A stretch of 64,000 nucleotides of DNA from Nitrospira sp. Its GTDB lineage: Bacteria > Nitrospirota > Nitrospiria > Nitrospirales > Nitrospiraceae. The stretch lies in assembly GCA_005116965.1 (NCBI GenBank), contig SWDG01000006.1, forward strand, positions 17,553 to 81,552, given 5' to 3'. Position 1 is the first letter of the stretch; the number at the start of each line of letters is the position of its first letter. Below, piece by piece: positions 1 to 8,887 of this stretch. The position numbers and the translations under genes are program-made. Below the pieces are notes generated by a model. That model did no database searches, had not been told where the DNA came from, and was given only the letters and a program-made list of their open reading frames with translations.

Positions 1-108
1 GAGACCTATCTGCATCGCATGTATGCAGAGGCGCGGTACTGTGTCATTCATAGTGTCGAAGCCCTTCCAACCAAGTTGCCGCTCATTTACAGGCAATTGA
101 CAGCCTAA
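1..108 (+). CDS. 3' end of an unidentified CDS entering from upstream of the window
   Basis: Frame 1 is open from nt 1 to TAA at 106-108 (ETYLHRMYAEARYCVIHSVEALPTKLPLIYRQLTA*). No family recognised. Confidence 0.3.
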   Translation, partial: ETYLHRMYAEARYCVIHSVEALPTKLPLIYRQLTA

Positions 109-121
109 CTCCATCAAGCGT

Positions 122-526
122 ATGACCAACTCGACAGGAAAGCCGACGGTTCCCCCCTGGTTGTATAAGCTCTTCACGGGGCATCAGTATCCCTATGTCC
201 GTCGCTTAGCCAAGTTTGGACAGGTGGTAAAGCCCGGCGAAGATCGTGCGGAGCCGACGAAGGAGATGATCGAAACCAAGTTCTGGGACGTCTATCCTCG
301 TTGCCGGGTGAAAGTGCTGCAGGAAGTCAAAGAAGGGATGATCGTGGTCTTTCATGACTTGGCTGAGTATCCTCCGGGTGGCTTTCAGGCACTGGTCGAC
401 AATCCGGAAGAGTTTCTGGCAACAACATTCGGCAAGAAGAAGATCAAGGTCAATTTCTATGACGAAGATAATTTCATCTGCACGATCAACTTTAAAGTTG
501 CGGGCTGGACGGAGCATGGACATTAG
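122..526 (+). CDS. hypothetical protein (134 aa)
   Basis: Clean ATG ORF. The antisense ORF 206-523 looks like a shadow of it. No motif recognised. Confidence 0.5.
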   Translation: MTNSTGKPTVPPWLYKLFTGHQYPYVRRLAKFGQVVKPGEDRAEPTKEMIETKFWDVYPRCRVKVLQEVKEGMIVVFHDLAEYPPGGFQALVDNPEEFLATTFGKKKIKVNFYDEDNFICTINFKVAGWTEHGH

Positions 527-531
527 AGACT

Positions 532-601
532 AGGACTGAGGACGACGTGCTGAGGGCTGAGACGCCGAACTCAAACGGCTTCGTCCTCGGCCCTCAGTCC
601 T
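532..601. repeat. 7-nt-periodic CTGAGG-type inverted repeats able to form a hairpin
   Basis: AGGACTGAGG (532-541) is the exact reverse complement of CCTCAGTCCT (592-601). Inner arms CTGAGGGC/GCCCTCAG and GAGGACG/CGTCCTC are also present. The tract reads as heptamers (ACTGAGG ACGACGT GCTGAGG GCTGAGA ...). Confidence 0.6.
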
Positions 602-620
602 CGATACTTGATGTGAGGTT

Positions 621-1562
621 ATGATGGAACGGACGAAAGTAACGGTAGTCGGTGCGGGGAACGTCGGGGGGACGACGGCGCAGCGGTTGGCTGAGAAGAA
701 TCTCTACGACGTGGTCTTGGTCGATATTGCCCAAGGGGTTCCACAGGGCAAGGCGCTCGATATTTCACAGGCGGGGCCAGTCTGTGGGTACAGCACGCAG
801 GTGCTCGGCACCAATGCGTATACGGAAACCGCGGGATCATCGATCGCCGTGATCACGTCCGGCATGCCGAGAAAGCCGGGCATGAGTCGTGACGAGTTGT
901 TGGCGACGAATGCGAAAATCGTCAAATCTGTCGTCTCGGAATTAGTCTCCCGCTCTCCGGACATTATCCTGATCCTTGTGACCAACCCCTTGGACGCCAT
1001 GGTCCATGTGGCGCGTTCCGTCAGTGGTTTGCCGAAATCGAGAATCATCGGCATGGCGGGTGTGTTGGACTCGGCAAGAATGCGGACCTTTATTGCCGCC
1101 GAACTCAACGTACCAGCCACGGAGGTACAGGCCATGGTGTTGGGCGGTCACGGTGATACGATGGTGCCGCTGCCGCGCTATACCACTGTGAGGGGCAGGC
1201 CTGTGTCGGAACTGATGTCGAAAGAGAAACTCGACGCCATCGTCAAACGAACACGAGATGGTGGAGCTGAAATCGTCGGTCTCTTGAAAACGGGCAGTGC
1301 TTTCTATGCTCCATCCGCTTCGGCGGTGGCGATGGTTGAATCGATCCATAAGGACGAGAAGCAGGTGATGCCTTGCGCAGTCTTGTGTGATGGGGAGTAC
1401 GGACTGAAGGACGTCGTTGTCGGCGTGCCAGTGAAGATCGGCCGGGGCGGGGCCGAGCAGATTCTGGAATATGAACTGACGAGTGATGAGCGGGCGGCGT
1501 TGGACACGTCGGCCAACGCGGTGCGGGACCTCTGTCGTACCGTGGATCGGCTGATGGCCTAA
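621..1562 (+). CDS. mdh: malate dehydrogenase (LDH-like MDH family)
   Basis: 313 aa. Has the Rossmann motif [23 protein letters not shown] and GGHGDTMVP, with length typical of the family. Confidence 0.95.
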   Translation: MMERTKVTVVGAGNVGGTTAQRLAEKNLYDVVLVDIAQGVPQGKALDISQAGPVCGYSTQVLGTNAYTETAGSSIAVITSGMPRKPGMSRDELLATNAKIVKSVVSELVSRSPDIILILVTNPLDAMVHVARSVSGLPKSRIIGMAGVLDSARMRTFIAAELNVPATEVQAMVLGGHGDTMVPLPRYTTVRGRPVSELMSKEKLDAIVKRTRDGGAEIVGLLKTGSAFYAPSASAVAMVESIHKDEKQVMPCAVLCDGEYGLKDVVVGVPVKIGRGGAEQILEYELTSDERAALDTSANAVRDLCRTVDRLMA

Positions 1563-1702
1563 GGAATCTCCCCCACCATCATCTCACGTGCCTCAGGGCG
1601 GCCAGCGTCGCGCCGACGAAGGTCATTCGTGCGCTTGACATTCGAAGAAACACTACAGTACAGACAATGGGTTAGACAGTTAACCGTTCGGAGGAGAGAG
1701 CA

Positions 1703-2290
1703 ATGAAATTTCTTGAAGATCCGATGCAGACGATGGGGGTGGGATTTGTGCTCACCATCGTGTTGGTAGGGATATATTTGGGGTTAACCGGTATTGGTGC
1801 GGGTGAAGCCGAGTGGGCCTCCCTGGTCCTTCGCTGGGTGCACTTCCTGGCCGGGATCACCTGGATCGGGCTCTTGTATTTCTTCAACTTGATCAATGCC
1901 TCGTTCTTGAAAAGCCTGGATGGGCCGACCAAGAATGTCGTGATTCCAAAACTGATGCCGGCTGCACTCAATTGGTTCCGACATGGAGCCACTGTCACTG
2001 TGGTGGCAGGGGTGTTGTTGTATGGCCACATGTATCATAAAGGCGGAACAGGAGCGGTGGCCTTGGCGATTGGTGGGTTGCTCGGTATCATCATGATGGG
2101 CAATGTCCACGGCATTATCTGGCCGAACCAAAAGAAGATCATTGCCGCCGTCACCGCAGCCGCACAGGGCACTCCGGCGCCACCTGAGATGGCGCAATGG
2201 GGACGGACCGCCTTGTTGGCCTCTCGCGTGAACTTCATGCTCTCGATTCCCATGCTGTTTTTCATGGGAGCCGGCAGCCATTTCAGATAG
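1703..2290 (+). CDS. integral membrane protein resembling the membrane domain of urate hydroxylase PuuD (COG3748-like)
   Basis: 195 aa with several hydrophobic helices. LRWVHFLAGITWIGLLYFFNL matches the pattern I recall for the PuuD N-terminus. There is no cytochrome c domain. Confidence 0.55.
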   Translation: MKFLEDPMQTMGVGFVLTIVLVGIYLGLTGIGAGEAEWASLVLRWVHFLAGITWIGLLYFFNLINASFLKSLDGPTKNVVIPKLMPAALNWFRHGATVTVVAGVLLYGHMYHKGGTGAVALAIGGLLGIIMMGNVHGIIWPNQKKIIAAVTAAAQGTPAPPEMAQWGRTALLASRVNFMLSIPMLFFMGAGSHFR

Positions 2291-2305
2291 AACTCATACT
2301 TTTCT

Positions 2306-2341
2306 TTGGCCGGTGGGGTTGACCTACCGGCCAAGTTTTAT
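2306..2341 (+). terminator. putative rho-independent terminator
   Basis: TTGGCCGGT (2306-2314) pairs with ACCGGCCAA (2326-2334) and is followed by GTTTTATCT. Confidence 0.5.
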
Positions 2342-2505
2342 CTCCCGACCTTATTTCTTCTGCCCCTCTATACCCAGCATCAGAGTAGGTCCCCTAGTCC
2401 TAACTGCTTGAGATTCAGGCCTATTTAGCCTCGTCGCCTTGACGGATGAAGAGATGGAGCCGTATAGTACGGCTTGAACTTTGGGAAGTCACTGACGGGA
2501 CCGTT

Positions 2506-3810
2506 ATGCCTACTGCTGCAGAACCACGCCTTGTCCAACAGATGGAGGGTGCTCCTTGGGAGATTGAGGGGTACCTCAAAGTCGGTGGCTATGAAGCCTG
2601 GAAGCGTTGTGTGAAAGAGTCGAAGGCGACTCAAGTGATTGACGAGCTGAAGAAGTCCGGCCTGCGAGGGCGTGGTGGAGCAGGGTTTCCGACAGGAATT
2701 AAATGGGACAAGGTTCTGAACCATCGAGTCCCTGAACGCTATTTCGTGTGTAATGCTGGGGAGCACGAGCCGGGTACGTTCAAAGATCGCCACTTATTGA
2801 AAACGTTGCCGCATCAGTTGATCGAAGGCTGTCTAATCGCATCCCGCACGGTCAATGCGAAGGCGTCCTTCATCTATATCAATCATGAATATCACGAAGA
2901 ACAGCAGAATCTGAAGAAGGCCATCGCCCAAGCACGAGAGCGTGGGTTTATCGGGAAGAATGTGCTTGGCAGCGGGATCGACATTGAGCTGGAGATTTTT
3001 GACGGCCATGGCAGCTATGTGGCCGGTGAAGAGACGGCTATGCTTGAGTCGATGCAAGGCCGTCCGGCGATGCCGCGACAGAAGCCGCCGTTCTATCCGA
3101 CGGACTTCGGCCTCTATGGCAAACCGACGCTTGTCAACAACGTGGAGACGCTGTGCAACATTCCACGGATTCTCTATAAAGGCTCCTCATGGTTCACGCA
3201 GGTGGGGACGGAGAAGTGTCCGGGGACAATGATGTTTTCGTTGAGTGGGGCGGTCAATCGTCCTGGCGTGTATGAAATGCCCATGGGTGTGACAATCCGC
3301 GAGGTGATTGAGCAATGTGGCGGCGGAGTGCCGAATGGTCGCAAGATCAAGGCTGTCTTTCCCGGTGGTCCAGCCTTCCCTATGGTGACGGCGGATCAGC
3401 TTGATCTCATGATGGACTTCGATTCGCTGAAAAAAGCTGGCACGGGGTTAGGCTCAGCCGGGATGATCGTCGTAGACGAAGCGACCTGCATGGTGGCAAA
3501 AACGCTGCACTTTTCAAATTTTTTCAAGAACGAGAGTTGCGGGCAATGTCCTCCTTGTCGAATGGGGACGATGAACCTTGCCGCACTGATGACGAAAATC
3601 GAAGAAGGCAACGGCACACAGAAAGATCTCGAGAGCATGCTGCAGCTCTGCGGATTTGTCAAAGGGACCGGATACTGTACCCTCGTGACTGGCGCATCGG
3701 TCTTGGTGCAGAGCAGTCTCAAGTTATTTCGTCACGAATATGAAGAGCATATTCGGCTGCAGCGGTGTCCCTCACAGGAAGCACAAGCCGGGATGATTGC
3801 GCATTCCTAG
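2506..3810 (+). CDS. NuoF-like NAD(P)H-binding FMN/4Fe-4S flavoprotein
   Basis: Has SGLRGRGGAGFPTGIKW, EHEPGTFKDR and ESCGQCPPCR. The ORF is open from 2446; the start is placed at ATG 2506. Confidence 0.85.
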   Translation: MPTAAEPRLVQQMEGAPWEIEGYLKVGGYEAWKRCVKESKATQVIDELKKSGLRGRGGAGFPTGIKWDKVLNHRVPERYFVCNAGEHEPGTFKDRHLLKTLPHQLIEGCLIASRTVNAKASFIYINHEYHEEQQNLKKAIAQARERGFIGKNVLGSGIDIELEIFDGHGSYVAGEETAMLESMQGRPAMPRQKPPFYPTDFGLYGKPTLVNNVETLCNIPRILYKGSSWFTQVGTEKCPGTMMFSLSGAVNRPGVYEMPMGVTIREVIEQCGGGVPNGRKIKAVFPGGPAFPMVTADQLDLMMDFDSLKKAGTGLGSAGMIVVDEATCMVAKTLHFSNFFKNESCGQCPPCRMGTMNLAALMTKIEEGNGTQKDLESMLQLCGFVKGTGYCTLVTGASVLVQSSLKLFRHEYEEHIRLQRCPSQEAQAGMIAHS

Positions 3811-3818
3811 GAGGGATC

Positions 3819-4154
3819 ATGCCGCGGGTGACGTTTCTTCATTCCGATGGGCGAAGTGGAGAGGTGGAAGAGAACATTTCGCTTCTCCAGGCCGCGAAAG
3901 AAGTGGGATTTCGATTGAGCTACGACTGTGGAGGAAATGCTTCCTGCACAACCTGCCGAGTGGAGGTCCAGATGGGGCAGGAGCATCTCTCGGAGATCGA
4001 TTTCGATGAGCAAGACCTACTGGATCGGGAAGCGTTGACGCAGCCATGGCATCGCCTGGCGTGCCAAGCACGTGTCCTGGGGGATGTTGTGGTGCGCGTG
4101 CCGGAAGCCAAATGGGAGAATCCAAGAACAGCCACGTCTGAAGCATGGGGTTGA
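3819..4154 (+). CDS. [2Fe-2S] ferredoxin
   Basis: Has CGGNASCTTCRV plus a distal LACQARV Cys (C-x5-C-x2-C...C pattern). GGAGGGA lies 3-9 nt upstream of ATG 3819. Confidence 0.85.
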   Translation: MPRVTFLHSDGRSGEVEENISLLQAAKEVGFRLSYDCGGNASCTTCRVEVQMGQEHLSEIDFDEQDLLDREALTQPWHRLACQARVLGDVVVRVPEAKWENPRTATSEAWG

Positions 4155-4230
4155 TATTCGAGCAAGAGGTGTTAGACTATCACACTAGCTCACGGTCGTG
4201 AGCTAGAACGATCCATAGAGGAGGAAGCCA

Positions 4231-4551
4231 ATGGTTACGATTACACAGGTTGCGGAACAGAAGATACGGGAGCTGATGGCTGAGGAGAAGGATGTAGTTG
4301 GACTGCGGGTGTATGTCCGTGGTGGTGGGTGCAATGGCTACCAGTACGGCATGGCCTTCGAGTCCAAAATGGCCGAGGATGACACCGTCATCGAGAAGGG
4401 TGATGTAAAGGTCATCATGGATTCTCAGAGCGCACCGTTGCTTCAAGGTGCGGAAGTGGACTACGTGGACAGCGTGCAGGGTTCTGGCTTTTCGATCAAG
4501 AATCCTCAGGCCAAAACGACGTGCGGATGCGGCAGCTCGTTTAGCGCATAA
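4231..4551 (+). CDS. erpA: Fe-S cluster insertion protein (HesB/IscA/ErpA family)
   Basis: 106 aa with GGGCNGYQY and a C-terminal CGCGSSF. A strong SD (GAGGAGGAAG) is present. Confidence 0.9.
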   Translation: MVTITQVAEQKIRELMAEEKDVVGLRVYVRGGGCNGYQYGMAFESKMAEDDTVIEKGDVKVIMDSQSAPLLQGAEVDYVDSVQGSGFSIKNPQAKTTCGCGSSFSA

Positions 4552-4597
4552 GAGTCGTCGCGGAGTCCCCGTTAGAATGCGAACAATGGATCTGTAG

Positions 4598-4638
4598 GCA
4601 AGGACCGCTCGTACCCCGAGCGGTCCTTGCTATTTATA
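4598..4638 (+). terminator. rho-independent terminator after erpA
   Basis: A perfect 14-bp stem, GCAAGGACCGCTCG (4598-4611) with CGAGCGGTCCTTGC (4617-4630), is followed by TATTTATA. Confidence 0.75.
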
Positions 4639-4663
4639 CCTTCCACAAGAGATACGCGATCAA

Positions 4664-5068
4664 ATGTCGCAGGTACACGTGACGAGGCGCTATCGATTTT
4701 GCGCCGCCCACCGGCTGAACACGGATCTCCTTTCTCCTGAAGAGAATTGGGCTGTGTTCGGAAAATGTAACAATCCAAACGGTCACGGGCATAACTATGT
4801 TGCGCTGGTTACGGTCAAGAGCGGGATGCTACTGGGAGCGTCCGACCTTGACCGTCTCGACCAGGTGGTCAACGAGAGAATCGTCGAGCGCTTCGATCAT
4901 CGTGACCTGAATGGCGATCCGGCCTTCACGGCCTTGACGACGACGGGGGAGAACCTCGTCAAAGTGATCTGGGACATCTTGGAGCTAGGTCTGCCCGCCG
5001 GCAGTCTACAAAAAGTCGGGGTCATCGAGACGAGAGACAACTATTTCGAATATGCGGGCGCCCAGTGA
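4664..5068 (+). CDS. queD: 6-carboxytetrahydropterin synthase / 6-pyruvoyl-tetrahydropterin synthase family
   Basis: 134 aa with YRFCAAHRL and NGHGHNY motifs. It is adjacent to folE. Confidence 0.85.
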   Translation: MSQVHVTRRYRFCAAHRLNTDLLSPEENWAVFGKCNNPNGHGHNYVALVTVKSGMLLGASDLDRLDQVVNERIVERFDHRDLNGDPAFTALTTTGENLVKVIWDILELGLPAGSLQKVGVIETRDNYFEYAGAQ

Positions 5069-5084
5069 ACGATAGGGGGACTCC

Positions 5085-5732
5085 GTGAGCAAGCAGCAGA
5101 AGAGAGAGAAACGACGGATACCATTGGAAGACGCAAGTGGAAGTGGAAAGCCCGCTGATCTGCCAGTTCTTCAATCGCTGGTCACTGAAATGCTTCTCGC
5201 CCTGGGGGAAAGACCGGGTCGCAACGGTTTGCTGAAAACGCCTGAGCGCGTGGCCAAAGCACTGGCGTTTATGACGCAGGGCTATCAGCATGACATCGAC
5301 CATCTGTTGAACGGTGCGCTCTTTCCGATCGAATACGACGAGATGGTCATCGTCAAGGACATCGATTTCTTCAGTATGTGCGAGCATCACTTACTGCCAT
5401 TTTTTGGGAGGGTCCATGTCGGGTACCTGCCCAATAAGAAAGTCGTCGGTTTGAGCAAGATTCCACGGATTGTGGATACCTTCGCGAGGCGTCTGCAAGT
5501 TCAAGAACGGCTGACCGTGCAGATCGCAGAAACCATCAGCACCAAGTTAAACGCTCATGGAGTTGGAGTCGTTGTCGAAGCACGGCACCTCTGTATGATG
5601 ATGCGCGGGGTGGAAAAACAAAACACGCTTGCCGTTACCAGCTCCATGTTAGGAGTATTCCGCAGTCAAGCACAGACTCGCGTGGAATTTCTGAAATTGA
5701 TTCGCCGCGGCAGCGTCGGTGATCCGGACTGA
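5085..5732 (+). CDS. folE: GTP cyclohydrolase I
   Basis: [31 protein letters not shown] start. Confidence 0.9.
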   Translation: MSKQQKREKRRIPLEDASGSGKPADLPVLQSLVTEMLLALGERPGRNGLLKTPERVAKALAFMTQGYQHDIDHLLNGALFPIEYDEMVIVKDIDFFSMCEHHLLPFFGRVHVGYLPNKKVVGLSKIPRIVDTFARRLQVQERLTVQIAETISTKLNAHGVGVVVEARHLCMMMRGVEKQNTLAVTSSMLGVFRSQAQTRVEFLKLIRRGSVGDPD

Positions 5733-5766
5733 TCTCAGGATACATACCCCTCATCGTCGAGCGCAG

Positions 5767-6593
5767 TTATCTCGTCTCATTCCCAATAAACTCGCGTACA
5801 GTATTGTTGAAGGCGTCTGGCTTTTCCAGGTTCGAAAGATGGGCGGCGGCTGGAATGATGGCCAAGCGGGCATTGGGAATCCGATCTGCCATGAGTGTGG
5901 CGTCGGAAGGTGGGGTGGGAAGGTCCAGTTCACCGACGATGATCTGGGTGGGACACGTGATGTGCTTCAAGAGTGTGACGGAATCAGGCCGTTCAGCCAT
6001 TGCCATCAAGTCTCCCGCGATGCCGCCGATCTGATTACCCTCGATCATTGCACGTACGTGTCGGACGAGTCCCGGATTCGTCTGGACTGTTGCGGGCTCA
6101 GTAATTTGGGGATCATGATGTCGGCAATGGCCGATGGTCCTTTCTGGTAGGCCGTCTGCGCCATCTGAAACCGCGCTTCTTTCCCTTCTGCCGTATCAGC
6201 CTGCGCTCTTGTGTCAGCCAGTACCAAGCCTTTTACGCGATCCGCATACTTTCGATAGAGAGCAAATAGGATGTAGCCGCCCATGGACAGTCCCACGAAA
6301 ACCGCCTGCCGGATCGAGAGGTGATCAAGCAACCCGATCACATCATCGGCGGCTTGGTCCAGGGTATACCGCCAGAGCGGCGCGTCGGATTCTCGATGCT
6401 CGCGCAAGTCAATCGTCACGACTCGAAACTGTGACGACAACGCTTTCTCCTGCTCTGCCCACATGGTGCGGTTGAGCGGAAAGGCGTGGAGAAAGAAGAT
6501 GGGAAGGCCAGAGCCCTGGTCGTTATAGGCAAGGGTGATACCATTGACCTGGGTGTGCACGGTGCGCTCCGTAAGTTGTGGTGTTCGTACCAT
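5767..6593 (-). pseudogene. alpha/beta-fold hydrolase (enol-lactonase-like) split by a frameshift
   Basis: ORF 6045-6593 carries the HAFP oxyanion region and the GLSMGG nucleophile elbow and ends in ...KLLSPQQSRRIRDSSDTYVQ*. In the frame of ORF 5767-6048 the same DNA reads ...ATVQTNPGLVRHVRAMIEGNQ... and continues to the C-terminal AAHLSNLE catalytic His region. Confidence 0.7.
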
Positions 6594-6674
6594 CGGCTGC
6601 CCGCAGGGTCAAGAGGCCATTTGCGATCATCCGGCACGGCGTATACAATTCCTGCTCTTTGACGGAGGAGGAAG

Positions 6675-7967
6675 ATGACTCGTTCTCGTGATCCGGCTCC
6701 TGATTTGTTCACGTCTCCAGATCGTGATGACACGGTCGAGGCTCCGCTCGCTGAGCGGATGCGGCCACGTGTATTTGCGGATTTCGTGGGGCAAGACGAC
6801 ATCACGGCACCGGATCGGGCGCTTCGGCGGGCCATCGAGGCAGACCAGCTCTCGTCCGTAATCTTCTGGGGGCCGCCCGGTTCGGGGAAGACAACGCTGG
6901 CCCATCTGATTGCCCGGCATACGAAGGCGCAGTTTATTCCGTTTTCGGCTGTGACCAGCGGCGTGCCTGAGCTACGCACGATCATTAAGGCCGCTGACCA
7001 ACGCCGAGCGATCAATGGGCAGCGGACCATCTTATTCGTTGATGAAATCCACCGCTTCAACAAGGCACAGCAAGACGCGTTTCTTCCGCATGTCGAGCGA
7101 GGCACCATCATTCTTGTCGGCGCGACCACGGAGAATCCCTCCTTCGAAGTTATCAGCCCACTCTTGTCCCGTTCGCTGGTCGTCGTGCTCAAACCGCTTA
7201 CCGAGGACGCGTTAGGTCAGATTCTTGATCGCGCGCTTGCCGATGTCGAACTCGGGCTGGGGAAATGGGAAACGCGCTTCTTACCGGAGGCACGCCAACG
7301 AATGATTTCGTTTGGCAATGGCGATGCGAGGGCGCTGCTCACATCGTTGGAATTTGTGGTGACGCAAGCGCCGGCAGGATCCGATGGCGCGCGCGTGATT
7401 GATGAAGCGATATTGGGAGCGGCACTGGGCACGAAGGCCCTGCGCTACGATAAGTCAGGCGAAGAACACTACAACGTCATTTCGGCCTACATTAAAAGCC
7501 TGCGAGATTCCGATCCAAATGGGGCGCTGTACTGGCTGGCCAGGATGCTGGATGCCGGCGAAGATCCGAAATTCATCGCTCGACGTATGGTGATCTTTGC
7601 CTCGGAGGATATCGGTAATGCTGATCCCCTCGCCCTTCTCGTTGCCACATCGGTGGCACAAGCTGTCCAGTTCGTAGGGCTCCCCGAGGCGCAGATCAAC
7701 CTGGCACAAGGCACCACCTACTTGGCTTCACGGCCCAAAGACAATGCGTCCTACGTCGGTCTTTTGGAAGCGCTAAAAGACGCGAAAGCCTATGGCAATT
7801 TGGGGGTCCCGGTCCATCTCCGGAACGCCGTGACCTCACTGATGAGGGACCTAGGCTATGGAACCAACTACCGCTATGTCCACGACGATCCGTCAGCACG
7901 AACGGAACAAACCCACCTCCCACTACCACTTCAAGGTCGACTGTACTACCGCCCAAAGCCTCTGTAA
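6675..7967 (+). CDS. rarA: replication-associated recombination protein A (AAA+ ATPase)
   Basis: 430 aa. Has Walker A GPPGSGKTTLA, Walker B ILFVDEIHRFNK and the C-terminal MgsA-type region ARMLDAGEDPKFIARR. Confidence 0.9.
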   Translation: MTRSRDPAPDLFTSPDRDDTVEAPLAERMRPRVFADFVGQDDITAPDRALRRAIEADQLSSVIFWGPPGSGKTTLAHLIARHTKAQFIPFSAVTSGVPELRTIIKAADQRRAINGQRTILFVDEIHRFNKAQQDAFLPHVERGTIILVGATTENPSFEVISPLLSRSLVVVLKPLTEDALGQILDRALADVELGLGKWETRFLPEARQRMISFGNGDARALLTSLEFVVTQAPAGSDGARVIDEAILGAALGTKALRYDKSGEEHYNVISAYIKSLRDSDPNGALYWLARMLDAGEDPKFIARRMVIFASEDIGNADPLALLVATSVAQAVQFVGLPEAQINLAQGTTYLASRPKDNASYVGLLEALKDAKAYGNLGVPVHLRNAVTSLMRDLGYGTNYRYVHDDPSARTEQTHLPLPLQGRLYYRPKPL

Positions 7968-8021
7968 TAGGGCCGATTGTCCCGGTTTACATTCTTTTCT
8001 AATCGGTTATACTTAGAGTAT

Positions 8022-8414
8022 ATGAAGCGAGGGGAAGAAAAACCATCGGCCAGCGTGGTGGCACTGAGTGAGCGGAGGAAATTTGTTCGGGCCACTCTGG
8101 TCGGCTCCGCCTTGATGTCGCCGAAGAGCGGCGGGCGCGCCTGTACCGCAGTCCTGGATAATGTGAACAAGCTCGGGGCCGGACTTCACACCAAAGATCG
8201 CTTTCCATCTAATGAGAAGGTCACGGTCTCGCTTGCCTTTCTCGATTCCGATCGAGTTGAGCAACAGGAAAAACTCGATGGGACTGTCGCCTGGGTCAGG
8301 CCCTGGGAAAAGAAAGGATTCTTGATCGGCGTTGTCTGGGATGAATTGGTGACGAAAGAGAAGAACCGCTGGTTGTACTACTATCTAGAAGAAACCCTCA
8401 AAGCCTCTGTCTAA
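8022..8414 (+). CDS. PilZ-like domain protein
   Basis: RRKFVR and DNVNKLGAG resemble the RxxxR / D-x-S-x-x-G pair of PilZ. The ORF is open from 7977; the start is placed at ATG 8022. Confidence 0.45.
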   Translation: MKRGEEKPSASVVALSERRKFVRATLVGSALMSPKSGGRACTAVLDNVNKLGAGLHTKDRFPSNEKVTVSLAFLDSDRVEQQEKLDGTVAWVRPWEKKGFLIGVVWDELVTKEKNRWLYYYLEETLKASV

Positions 8415-8461
8415 AACACTCTCTGAGTACCGCACATACGAACTCAAAATGGATTACAGAA

Positions 8462-8887
8462 CTAGCCCAACGAGACTAGCTGTTGTTTGACGTTTTCTAA
8501 TTCAGCCGACAGTGATTCCCACCGAGCAGTTAGTCGCTCAAGATCGCGTTTCCAATCCCTCTGCTCGTGCTGCAGAAGGTTCCACCTATCGAACTGTTCG
8601 TAGAGCTTCGGATCAGCCAATTCTGCCTCGCGGGTTCTGATCTTCTCTTCGGCCTCACTAATCTCGGTTTCGGCGCGTGATACCTGTTTCTCCAATCGCG
8701 CCTGGGTCTTAGTGAGATCACGGCGCTCCCCACCGCGCCCTTTTGGCAGTACTTGCTGTTCCATTGCCCGAGTAGGGCCTGAAGAGGAGCGGGGCGATGC
8801 TCGTTCGAGCTCGTCACTCGTTTCTTTAATCGACTCAAACTCTTGGGTCTTCTTCCACAAATAATACTCGTAGTAAAGCAATCGACC
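8462..8887 (-). pseudogene. C-terminal fragment of an ABC-F family ATPase (coiled-coil tail only)
   Basis: The translation ...GRLLYYEYYLWKKTQEFE...ELADPKLYEQFDRWNLLQHEQ...LTARWESLSAELE matches only the last ~140 aa of Uup/YheS-type ABC-F proteins. No Walker motifs lie upstream. Confidence 0.6.

Noticed and set aside
1634-1670. Sigma-70 promoter (TTGACA at 1634-1639) upstream of the membrane protein gene
   Set aside because: The -35 box is perfect, but no acceptable -10 hexamer lies at 16-18 nt spacing (the best is TACAGA), so it is not reported as a feature.
5719-6150. 143-aa plus-strand ORF following folE
   Set aside because: It is antisense to the alpha/beta hydrolase pseudogene and is Gly/Arg-rich with no motif.
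6416-7192. 258-aa minus-strand ORF
   Set aside because: It is antisense to rarA and overlaps the hydrolase 5' end. Its composition is Ser/Arg-rich and no motif is recognisable.
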